From a virus (lineage: Duplodnaviria > Caudoviricetes), in the IMG/VR virus record IMGVR_UViG_3300048881_000698, positions 64,001 through 128,000 of that record: a stretch of DNA of 64,000 nucleotides; one strand, written 5' to 3'. Numbering within the stretch: the first letter of the stretch is position 1; every line of letters starts with the position of its first letter. Below the pieces are notes generated by a model, which did no database searches, was not told the origin of the DNA, and saw only the letters and a program-made list of their open reading frames with translations. Below are positions 57,201 to 64,000 of the stretch, one piece after another. Made by a program: the position numbers and the translations under genes.

Positions 57201-60200
57201 TAATAACCGTGACGGTAGTGCCCGTTCCGCTGGCATCAGAAGGAACATTGACTGTAAATGCGTCCGCGTAGCCGGCGCTGCTTACGTCGAGGACATCTAT
57301 TGCTGTGGCTTTTTCGCCATCTGCCCTAGAAGTCACAGGTGTGTTTCCAAATGGAGTTGTTGCTCCGCGCCACTCACGGACACTAGATGCTACAGTCCCG
57401 CTACTGTTAAGCTGAAAATGGTAGCGCCATGGCAAAGCATTGTAAGCGCTATATTCTTCTGCTGCAGGGTCTAGATATCCCCTAGTCATTGTGGTAAAAT
57501 CTCCAGGTGAAGAAAACCGGTTAACAATCAAAAATTCATCTTTTGGCCGTACTGGAAGAGAAAAATCAATATTGATTCCATCAGTTTGTGTTCCTTCCAA
57601 CCGCAAAGATGGGTTCTCAGAAGCTGACTGTGCTGTAGTGTAATTTTCTCGAAGCCATTTATTATTATAAGTTCTGCCTGACGTTTGAAGGAAATCATAG
57701 TTGTGCTGATAGTTTCCTATTTGATTACCAGTAGTTGTTGCCCCTTCTATAGAACCGGTTGAAAGCCTAACATATTTGGTACTTACTGGCCTTTTTGTGT
57801 CCTCGCTTATAAACACTCTAGGCAAGGCCATATCTATAGTTCCGTTTAAATTTGAATCTGGTGGATATATTTTCACATCTTTGTGGACCACGCCGCCTGC
57901 AAAATTTACTACGGTCATGCCAGGTCCTGCTTCGGAGCCGCCCAGAGTAATATCCGTATTACCGGCTGGGCCGGCAGTTTTCTGCGTTATGGTTACAGTG
58001 GCGGAGCTGTCGTTGGTCGCAGTGAGGTCATCGTGGAGATTGAGAACGGTGGCTATGTGTCCGGCTTGAGTGATGTTATTAGCTGATCCGCCACTCGCAG
58101 TATCGCCAGCAGAGAAAGTTCCGAGCAATGATTCACCAGTGGTATCAGACATGGCGTTGGTGTCTGCGTGAGCGGTGATTGTCACTGTATCTCCAGCAGT
58201 TGTGACAACCGATATGGTATCCTCGGCGCCGGGGTCAGCGAGTACTTGACCAGCGTCTGTAATCGTTATTGTTGCAGTGGCGGATACAAACGGCCTTAAG
58301 TCACTGGCTTGTGTGTCAGCCTCAAACCTAAACTTTTCAGGTCTATCTCTAATGGTATCGAATTCGCCTGTAGATTTTGGTTGTATGTTCAAATCAACTT
58401 TTCTATGGATGGAACCGCCTGACCACTTTTGCGTTGTGTGGCCCTGTAAAGATGTGTTAAGGACTGTAGGTCCAAAATCTTTATGTAAATTACCAAAGTT
58501 GATGTCTGAGTCTCCTGTACCATGCTGATATATACTAACGATAGTGGGGAGGGTACCCTTCGCGCTTCCATAATCAGATGATTTATCGGCGTTGTTTTCT
58601 ATTTCAAACAAAAGTCTAGTCTTGTGTCCCGATCTGAGAATATTGTAGGATGGATCAAACTGGGGGCGGGCACGATCATATGGCCTGTCCTCTTCGGCAA
58701 GATGAGAAGTGCCGGCTTTAATAGTTATGTATTTTTGTATACTAGGGGGATTTATTGTACCATCTGGTCTAAGGCTTTGGGGAAATTCTCTTATCGTATG
58801 TTCTGCCGAATTATCCCCTGATCTTAATGAGGTCGCAACTCTTGCTCTAAATCTATATTGACTTTGTCCTCTTGGAGTGGGAAACTGAGAGTTTAAACGT
58901 CTTATTCCTGTATTTGTGTGAACCGGTTTTGTTGAATTAAATATTCTTCGTCTAGACTCATCAACTGCAGCGTCTCCAGAAGACTGTTCTTCTATCTCGT
59001 CTGCACCCAACGTTCTCCACCACGCGCGACTATTCGCTTGTGTTTTGGAGCTTCCCTGCATTGCTGGCGCAAATTTATTCTTTTCATCTTCTTCACGGGG
59101 CGCTGAATTTCCTCGTTCACCTTTCGCGGCAGCTTCGGCCCAAGCCGAATTGCCCTCAATGCGGCCTTCAGGTTGGGCAGACGCCAAAAGACCCATATTC
59201 CTATCTTCAATCGTGGGATATTTATTAGCATATTTATTTCTTTCTAAAATATGACTCTCGACGACTGTCCTTAACTTATTTGAAAAAGCTGCTGATGCAG
59301 GAAAAAGCTGTTCAAGTATATCATTAACAGCCTCGTCAATCCATTTATAATATTCAATATATTTGTCTAAATCTGGAGTATTCCTAACTTTTTGGAAAAA
59401 CATATGTCTTATTTTCGCCATCCTCTTGTAAGAAAGACGATATCGATTTTGCGGCTCTCCGATCAAGTTATTGAAATCTTTAATTGTTGCAAAGAAATTC
59501 AACATTTCTTCAGAAACGGTGCGATACATACTTTTTTCTGCAGCAAAGTAAAAACTTTCTGGCCTTGTATCACTTTCAAAATGAATATCATCGCTACTAA
59601 GCACTTTAATCATGTCAGAGCTGTTAAGGTGCTCGGGTAAAAGTTGTCTTGCAGTACTTATGTATTCTATGTCCGCAACATCTGTGTTTGATATTGGAAA
59701 GTCATAGCCCAAGCCAGTGTGGCGATACCCAGTAATAGCTCCAATCGGACCAAAATCGTTTTGTTTTCTTACAGCACTTCCATCGGAAGTAGTAAAATGT
59801 ATAGACCCGGAAGAGAAGTCGGAGACCTTAAATTCACCACTTGAATCTGAGCCCGTCACTTGATTAAAGTCCCAATGAAGAGCAAGAGTGTCCATTTGTG
59901 GTATGAATCCAAGTGAACTTGTAAGAACTAAACCGCCTGCTGAATCGGCCGGGAAATCCTCAGCTACATACGCAGCTTCAAAAAGATGAGCACTTTCATA
60001 TGGGTGCTCTGTTCCAAAATTTAACACGTCTCTCGCATGTGCATCGATAACATTGTTTGGAAGATAATCCATCCACACTCTTGCTGAGCCTACTTTGATG
60101 TCAGAAGTTTGCAACACTGTTCCGGAAAAGTCAGTCCTATGAGCCCCAACAAAAATTCTTTTTGATTTGTTAAGAAAGGCATCGCCAGCAACTTTTGTCA

Positions 60201-63200
60201 AAGAAGCTGTTAACAAAAAACTATTTTGTTTTATATCGGCTGCCGTATTGACGCCATAAAACTCAACATTGTAAGACGGCTGAACCGCGGGAGCTGTTGG
60301 AGAAGTTTCTAAGTAACTTCCGCTGATTCCTGGCGACCATGGATAATTTTCAGGCCTAATCTTTATCGCAAAATCCCATTTTTCGTTGTCATAGACATTA
60401 TAAAACAAAGAACTAGATAATTCTGGCATAAAGCCGCCGGCAGAACCGGTTAAAATAAACTTAACGTTGGTAGAGTCTTCTTTATCTCTAGCTGCGAAAA
60501 TCTGAAAATTTGCTAGATTGTCTTTTGACCACCCAAGATTTTGCGCGGGATAAGTACCGCCAAAGCTTGTCGCTGTAATTCCTCCGTTGATTGTTAATGC
60601 GTCGGCATCGCCGGCCTCAACGGCGGGGATTGTTGTATTTGCCGCGGGAGAGCCAGCAGCGACGCTCATTTGTGAGACTGTTATCGTATCGTTTGTGTTG
60701 GTGACAGTGCTGATTGTTGTAGTTAGTTTACCTGCGTGCCCATTAGCAGACTCAATAGCCTCTTTGAATTGTGCTGTATATGCGCTAATTGTACTGTAAC
60801 CTGCCAATTGAATGTGAGTATAGCCATAACCAGTGCCACCTGTGCTTTGTGGCCCAGCTCTATAAATTGCATACTCGACAGACGTGCCATCAGCTGATAC
60901 AAGCGTAAATCGCATTGAACCATCGTTCCCATAATCAGTTATTGTGTCCGACAGCAGTTTCATTGATGCAGTTGAATCTTGTATCGCTCTTTTTGCCGAA
61001 TGCACGCCTCCAATTGAAGATGATAAGCCTGGATAAGGATAGGCAAATTTAGAAAATGTACTTTTTGTTTTTGGGAACAAAGTCCCATATTCAAAAGTTA
61101 TTCCTACTCCTCGCTCTTTAAATGGTGTGACCACATCAACTGCGGTATCATCAGTGCCGCCAGACTCTTCATATGAACCAGCTGACCCAGATATATAAGA
61201 TATTGAATTTGTTATATCTTCATCCTGAAACTGAAATACGCATGCACTATTTCTAGACGGATGATTAAAATCTATGTATTTCTTCTTTGTATCTGTATAT
61301 CTTACCTTTTCTTCAAATTTATAACTAACGTTGTTGCCATAAATATTCAAGTTGATTAGTTCGTCATCTACACCAAAACACCTAACAAGATTTCGAAAAG
61401 ATTTTTCAGTACCCTTTGTTTTGGCAATATATGATAAATTATTATAAATGTTTTGATAAATTAGATTCTTGACTTTGTGTAAAGAATTTTCAAATAGGAC
61501 TTTTTCACCTCGATCCAAAAATTCCTCAAACACACTTGAGTTGACAAATAGATCAGGAGTTACAATACCAACATTTTCTAACAATCGGTTGCTAAAGGGT
61601 ATCGGTTCATGGCTGCCACTAGTATAAATTGGTTCTTTAATGTTTGGCAACTCTTTTATCTGTACTGCTAATGTGTCAAAATAGCTTGCCATAATTTGAG
61701 TTAATTTAACAAGCTCTGAGCCATTTTTATCATCTTCAGAAGTTATCCATTCCGGGAGACTTCTATAAATCGCACCATTATTTGTATAATCATGTTCTCG
61801 TCCGACGCCAGTTTTTTCTTCTAAGAGTGCTTTAACTTTGGGATGAGATGGATATATAATTGGATCTTTAAATTCCGTTACAGAAGCACTTGATTCTACG
61901 ATAGCAGAGCCAGTATTTCTGGAATTTGAAGTATACCCTTTCCAATAACCATTCGAGAGCCTTCCGGAATAATCTAAAACTCTTTCATCGGCAGAGGTTT
62001 TTCCAGTAATGCCTTCATTAAATTTAAAATAAACTCCTAAATCAGTATTTGCATCATCAACATTTGCGCCGCCGCCGACTTGACTACGATAAAATCTACC
62101 AATTTCTTCTGCATTTCTTCTCGCTTTCCAATATCTGAACTCGTCAATTGAACCTGAAAGTTTTCCATAACCAGCAGGTTCGGCGCCGGTGATCGTTCTG
62201 AACGCACCGAGCATACCCAGCATAGATCCAGAATTTGAACATTGCGCAGGAATAACCTCATTTATGATCCCAGTGCCGCCAGTAAATCTTGTCTCCCCAA
62301 CGTCCTCATTTATTGTTAACGCATCTTCATCGGCTCCTGTAATGGCAGGGATTGCTGTGTTTCCGTCCCGGCCTTTTGTAACTTGTGTAATCGTAATCGT
62401 ATCGTTTGTGTTGGTGACAGTACTGATTGTTGCAGTTAGTTTGCCTGCGTGCCCATTAGCAGACTCAATAGCCTCTTTGAATTGTGCTGTATATGCGCTA
62501 ATTGTACTGTAACCTGCCAATTGAATGTGAGTATAGCCATAACCAGTGCCGCCGGTGCTTTGTGGTCCAGCTCTATAAATTGCATACTCGACAGACGTAC
62601 CATCAGCTGATACAAGTGTGAACCGCATAGAGCCGTCGGTTCCGTAAGCGACGCTTTCATCGTTCTTAAGCGTCATTGTTGCTGTAGCTGCATCGTTAAT
62701 TGATTGTTTCTCTCTGAATGACCCATCAAAATATAGCTCTGTTTCCATCGCGGTTCCACTGTTCTTCAATGTTAAAGCATAATGATGCCACTTATTATCA
62801 ATCATCTCTGAATTTGTAAGAGATGTGTAGAGGGCGGAGCCTGTCACAGAACCTGATTGGTAAAATAAGAAAAGCGGGGTTGCTGTGTCAGAGGTATCTG
62901 CCGTCAAAAGGTCCACGACTAATCTACCGTAATGTTTATCGGCGGATGGGCTGCCGTTCCACAGGTCGAATATGCACTCTTCTGCGGTTTCATTTTCGTC
63001 ATCTGCTAAAGCTTCTTTTTTCATCCAAAATTCAACTGTTAAGCCATGACTAGCACTATATTGTAAATTAGATTGTCTATGTTTAGTCTTATCATAAACA
63101 TTTGCTCCATAAGAGCCGGAATATCTGTGCTTGATATCAGGAAATATTTTTTTAATATCTTTGTTATTAGGATCCTTATGTGGGCCGCCTTCGAAAGAAA

Positions 63201-63645
63201 TATATTCAATGTCGGCTGCAATGGGCAGACCAATATATCCTGCGCCCGCATCTATGCCAGCCCCATCTTTGGTTCCCCAACCTCCGGGTGAAAAAACAGC
63301 ATATCCATTTGTTCGTGGATACTCCTTCTCAAAAAGATATAAATCTAAGTAAGAGGAGCTATTTTCCCATGCTACTTTTTCATAAAGTGAGCCATCATAA
63401 GGATAAGTTTTCCAAATTCTTGTAATGGATTGCTCATAATATTCTTCAGCAGAACCAAATCTTGCAAAATTTTCCGGCTTAGTAAAGTCTATTTTTGGAA
63501 AAACTCTATCTTTCTTTTTTATACGTTCTTCAAGGTAGCGCTTAGATTCTGCCTGTTTACCAACTTCATCCGTACTTGAAATAGGCAAAACTTTTTTGGC
63601 TTTTGTGTCTTGAAAAAGTTCTTTAATTTTGTGATTTTTGCCCAT
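51229..63645 (-). CDS. Giant baseplate wedge-like virion protein, 4138 aa, with LamG domains and six inserted modules
   Basis: LamG motifs TVEFW...NKWHHYALT...LYFDG...GSIDEFRYW; wedge-like IAKTKGTEKSFRNLVRCFG; VESHILERNKY. Confidence 0.7.
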   Translation of the reverse strand: MGKNHKIKELFQDTKAKKVLPISSTDEVGKQAESKRYLEERIKKKDRVFPKIDFTKPENFARFGSAEEYYEQSITRIWKTYPYDGSLYEKVAWENSSSYLDLYLFEKEYPRTNGYAVFSPGGWGTKDGAGIDAGAGYIGLPIAADIEYISFEGGPHKDPNNKDIKKIFPDIKHRYSGSYGANVYDKTKHRQSNLQYSASHGLTVEFWMKKEALADDENETAEECIFDLWNGSPSADKHYGRLVVDLLTADTSDTATPLFLFYQSGSVTGSALYTSLTNSEMIDNKWHHYALTLKNSGTAMETELYFDGSFREKQSINDAATATMTLKNDESVAYGTDGSMRFTLVSADGTSVEYAIYRAGPQSTGGTGYGYTHIQLAGYSTISAYTAQFKEAIESANGHAGKLTATISTVTNTNDTITITQVTKGRDGNTAIPAITGADEDALTINEDVGETRFTGGTGIINEVIPAQCSNSGSMLGMLGAFRTITGAEPAGYGKLSGSIDEFRYWKARRNAEEIGRFYRSQVGGGANVDDANTDLGVYFKFNEGITGKTSADERVLDYSGRLSNGYWKGYTSNSRNTGSAIVESSASVTEFKDPIIYPSHPKVKALLEEKTGVGREHDYTNNGAIYRSLPEWITSEDDKNGSELVKLTQIMASYFDTLAVQIKELPNIKEPIYTSGSHEPIPFSNRLLENVGIVTPDLFVNSSVFEEFLDRGEKVLFENSLHKVKNLIYQNIYNNLSYIAKTKGTEKSFRNLVRCFGVDDELINLNIYGNNVSYKFEEKVRYTDTKKKYIDFNHPSRNSACVFQFQDEDITNSISYISGSAGSYEESGGTDDTAVDVVTPFKERGVGITFEYGTLFPKTKSTFSKFAYPYPGLSSSIGGVHSAKRAIQDSTASMKLLSDTITDYGNDGSMRFTLVSADGTSVEYAIYRAGPQSTGGTGYGYTHIQLAGYSTISAYTAQFKEAIESANGHAGKLTTTISTVTNTNDTITVSQMSVAAGSPAANTTIPAVEAGDADALTINGGITATSFGGTYPAQNLGWSKDNLANFQIFAARDKEDSTNVKFILTGSAGGFMPELSSSLFYNVYDNEKWDFAIKIRPENYPWSPGISGSYLETSPTAPAVQPSYNVEFYGVNTAADIKQNSFLLTASLTKVAGDAFLNKSKRIFVGAHRTDFSGTVLQTSDIKVGSARVWMDYLPNNVIDAHARDVLNFGTEHPYESAHLFEAAYVAEDFPADSAGGLVLTSSLGFIPQMDTLALHWDFNQVTGSDSSGEFKVSDFSSGSIHFTTSDGSAVRKQNDFGPIGAITGYRHTGLGYDFPISNTDVADIEYISTARQLLPEHLNSSDMIKVLSSDDIHFESDTRPESFYFAAEKSMYRTVSEEMLNFFATIKDFNNLIGEPQNRYRLSYKRMAKIRHMFFQKVRNTPDLDKYIEYYKWIDEAVNDILEQLFPASAAFSNKLRTVVESHILERNKYANKYPTIEDRNMGLLASAQPEGRIEGNSAWAEAAAKGERGNSAPREEDEKNKFAPAMQGSSKTQANSRAWWRTLGADEIEEQSSGDAAVDESRRRIFNSTKPVHTNTGIRRLNSQFPTPRGQSQYRFRARVATSLRSGDNSAEHTIREFPQSLRPDGTINPPSIQKYITIKAGTSHLAEEDRPYDRARPQFDPSYNILRSGHKTRLLFEIENNADKSSDYGSAKGTLPTIVSIYQHGTGDSDINFGNLHKDFGPTVLNTSLQGHTTQKWSGGSIHRKVDLNIQPKSTGEFDTIRDRPEKFRFEADTQASDLRPFVSATATITITDAGQVLADPGAEDTISVVTTAGDTVTITAHADTNAMSDTTGESLLGTFSAGDTASGGSANNITQAGHIATVLNLHDDLTATNDSSATVTITQKTAGPAGNTDITLGGSEAGPGMTVVNFAGGVVHKDVKIYPPDSNLNGTIDMALPRVFISEDTKRPVSTKYVRLSTGSIEGATTTGNQIGNYQHNYDFLQTSGRTYNNKWLRENYTTAQSASENPSLRLEGTQTDGINIDFSLPVRPKDEFLIVNRFSSPGDFTTMTRGYLDPAAEEYSAYNALPWRYHFQLNSSGTVASSVREWRGATTPFGNTPVTSRADGEKATAIDVLDVSSAGYADAFTVNVPSDASGTGTTVTVIMKNTTSGTPDANEIWYHGAGSSTEPRDRLILAINGTDDSSVAKYGNGADTLTDANVVGVGIKGLTAAVGTATNPITLIASTATADGNDIEVIQTVGSNIVDTDQLTDNKLTGGKEKLKINDYRMNIPVHVVQHVTTSNHVGEDFAGLNVLLARHSGKFGISPLHSPSATATITITDAGQILADPDAEDTISIVTTAGDTVTITAHADTNDMSDTTGESLLGTFSAGDTASGGSANNITQAGHIATVLNLHDDLTATNDSSATVTITQNTGGTAGNTDITLGGSEAGPGMTVVSFTGGGKGAREHDYQTKAAYHKVHRNRLKRLELTSTNDGASYTVVTASTYDNAYVRHSIPRNDLQYAWITASAFLRRDPLGVQSTRLGYDGKVKASLNLGSVATPYVEALTFISRSEVCSFVSADSDLRYWSQPWYQTGEREGSVGGSTFVQRIPVDFAGMNLNIYEPITSSFGADGRNYDTASINTLGFPSMEVSWYDPNFSDVNYLNSVAKSTVDSPSHGWAIYPVYSNTTADSGGEGTILNALILHRQGPYGYPSWKQVRAGDHPVARYNRSKNIIQYIEYEEIKYTQADKDADNRNKSYYVNSFWSNPEKDKNRLNKAMFKTAIKSYISPPITNRYLPMVHTVAGVDENGQVNTMVLKHSYGNLLSYTPYEKLNENLQIVKPGKNKVVYDKLTKSIKNKETGLIKLTYREKIYPKEKFTYLAKTRQRGDYTEVSSSQREKGIWTNKKIGFQRTFWKDAPTARRGGSQQSVTNSLGFIQDMRSSPAPGGTWPHAGEGTPDHDSTFAYMLPSLSIWPLDGGSSPRLNGKEKFNEATYLAGELMALHAPSIYASIEGFRLGTTATPMVAAATASQQYCYPGGLSSQYYTLSTRLVWYRPWDAALHDFYRTDELSGIKPWYNSYEDYAQEIRCMAKDHTIIPEFRISENMSYYIDNGFVVNNKFLTLEGAYPELSASADSEKSDYKDDFFKVYSHSDFMKYYGKISDDHENLTGLTKITLKCHGIKKLLPYQGFYPVLRSVQLGSMFSSSFAPYISGSHAALLSTADTPHGTTGTSHGGQIAAMMQPFFAPGILYNTVKSGVAVDWPMVTSSHLGTQPAAAGYPGYNASYLSGTAADGKLFNWRMPFEALVEPHRHLPLSQSDGAKTMFYAWNRSGSIPRGPWWDYHGINDHKYALAMQNFLGEIPRFFLKDESFKTFASAPQSKFKAMESGSIYYMDVVLKQTHDFVMSEGPRRIQMLQADNKPILWDIRGCLYGPPCQVTPDSTSNSRARFFPDGNNDGTSAKYDASANFSDPAFAPFTPPHFYQDAIARITFSPHSASIMSPGEVRTFSLDEIVASAMVETTFTGSGHSTDDLENKPGIPVVGLYPSAIDVLDVSSAAYADAFTVNVPMKAGGTGTTVTVIMKNTTSGTPDTNEIWYHGAGSGTEPRDRLILAINGTDDSSVAKYGAGVTSGEDWGILGITALTGTSPKISISAWYTNEHGNEIEFIQTVGSNIVDTDQLSSGKLFGGNSNANNGRLCGSGRYISKLLDAAQRDLYPAGRYRMRLSSSMNLFGKTRLKTIEYETDSNGGGESFKPTKATDTGDPAFDVWTISPKFECPTLNFSGSSAKSLVEQRADQGLLTTDQWVNGITASIGTRAMWGGYGEIPSVNSGLWLSLRESFPDKLDEAAITDSVNAGGIVPGTATRSLLKVCGFKPEKERIGELADKKLISEAIVAVPFVIKNSKRHFFTIDKVLFDIAMGTKKQELGKDMLLPGKSIKEMVAKLKNYYLPPHMDFMRQNSTINPFVIYVFEFTHELDKEDLSHIWQNLMPKIARSAIEQEVVVGHNLDSNEFFGGFKIPKDIQWMVFKIKKRAEMSYYNVTADSEDDSRFAFEFKLGGSKKKPDYNYNWPYDFFSLVELADIKAEFEFDPAKSLSLKSKPIALTGDGELFNMPQQPTLPTSDSLPGQTPLINLPEFGASPFGPGVPGSNGGGYPQ
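52633..53061 (-). repeat. Inserted module C2
   Basis: SAIDVLDVSS...LFGG; near-identical DNA blocks with 56863-57312. Confidence 0.9.
56311..56703 (-). repeat. Inserted module B2
   Basis: SATATITIT...FTGG; 393 nt, more than 90% identical by eye to 57892-58284. Confidence 0.95.
56863..57312 (-). repeat. Inserted module C1
   Basis: KATAIDVLDVSS...LTGG. Confidence 0.9.
57892..58284 (-). repeat. Inserted module B1
   Basis: SATATITIT...FAGG. Confidence 0.95.
60556..60975 (-). repeat. Inserted module A2
   Basis: STASMKL...SFGG; central ~240 nt nearly identical to A1. Confidence 0.9.
62275..62691 (-). repeat. Inserted module A1 (splits a LamG domain)
   Basis: AATATMTL...RFTGG, lying between LYFDG and GSIDEFRYW. 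Confidence 0.9.
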
Positions 63646-63647
63646 TT

Positions 63648-64000
63648 TTACTCAACTCGAAATTTAAATTCTTCAATTTGTTCTGACCAATCGTTGTTAA
63701 CGTAATACGCTAATTTAATTTTATATGCATATCCCTCCTCTAACAGCCCCATATCAAGATCAAAATAACTTCCGGAAACATCATAAGAAAATTGAGTATA
63801 TAACTCATTAGTAGAACTTCCGGTCCCATATGCTACTACATCAAGGTTGTCTATAGCTCTGATCACTTTAAAAGACCCACTTTCGATAGTTACGTTTTGC
63901 GTGGCACTAGATGCTTTGGTGTAAATGTTTGGATTCCAATTTTTCTCCCGCACAAACAATCTAAAAAGTGGTGTTTCAGTTCTAGAATACGTTGACTTTA
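63648..64000 (-). CDS. Virion structural protein, C-terminal part (partial; frame open to the window edge)
   Basis: ...KSTYSRTETPLFRLFVREKNW...SYDVSGSYFDLDMGLLEEGYAYKIK...FKFRVE. Confidence 0.65.
   Translation of the reverse strand, partial: KSTYSRTETPLFRLFVREKNWNPNIYTKASSATQNVTIESGSFKVIRAIDNLDVVAYGTGSSTNELYTQFSYDVSGSYFDLDMGLLEEGYAYKIKLAYYVNNDWSEQIEEFKFRVE

Noticed and set aside
52633-62691. Repeat pairs as DGR template/variable regions
   Set aside because: Mismatches are mostly synonymous third-position changes and are not adenine-specific. Both copies are coding, and there is no reverse transcriptase in the window.
12740-62691. Inserted modules as inteins or introns
   Set aside because: There is no conserved N-terminal Cys/Ser block, no C-terminal His-Asn followed by C/S/T, and no homing endonuclease; the frames are continuous.
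1-64000. Stop-codon reassignment (code 15 or 4)
   Set aside because: Long genes are intact in code 11, and TAG, TGA and TAA all end genes right at the next gene's start.
1-64000. tRNA, rRNA or structured ncRNA genes
   Set aside because: Intergenic gaps are under about 110 nt and are explained by promoters and terminators; I saw no cloverleaf motifs.

Overview
This 64 kb window is the morphogenesis core of a large T4-like myophage, with essentially every gene on the minus strand in standard genetic code. In transcription order (right to left) it carries a 4138-aa LamG-containing baseplate-type protein and other baseplate/virion proteins, then RuvC, primase and a fused Mre11-Rad50 (gp47-gp46) nuclease. 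Next come a holin/spanin-like trio, fibre/beta-helix proteins, terminase, portal, prohead protease, ribosomal protein bS21, scaffold, major capsid, neck, tail terminator, sheath, tube, tail chaperone, tape measure and baseplate hub. A short PolA-like gene runs off the left edge. The most unusual signal is a 130-150 aa module (starts A-T-A-T-like, has T-I-T-x-x-x-x-x-G-x-x-G-N, ends F/L-T-G-G) inserted in frame eight times into three unrelated virion genes, as near-identical, mosaic pairs inside the giant gene. Other signals are an [S/T]-[G/A/S]-S tripeptide concentrated in exterior virion proteins (candidate modification sequon), a recurring ACTAnTTA late-promoter-like motif, a probable +1/-2 frameshift in the tail chaperone, an unannotated 18-aa peptide coupled to the prohead protease gene, and a probable leaderless ATT-start gene. 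All calls rest on motif recognition and synteny by eye; no searches were run.
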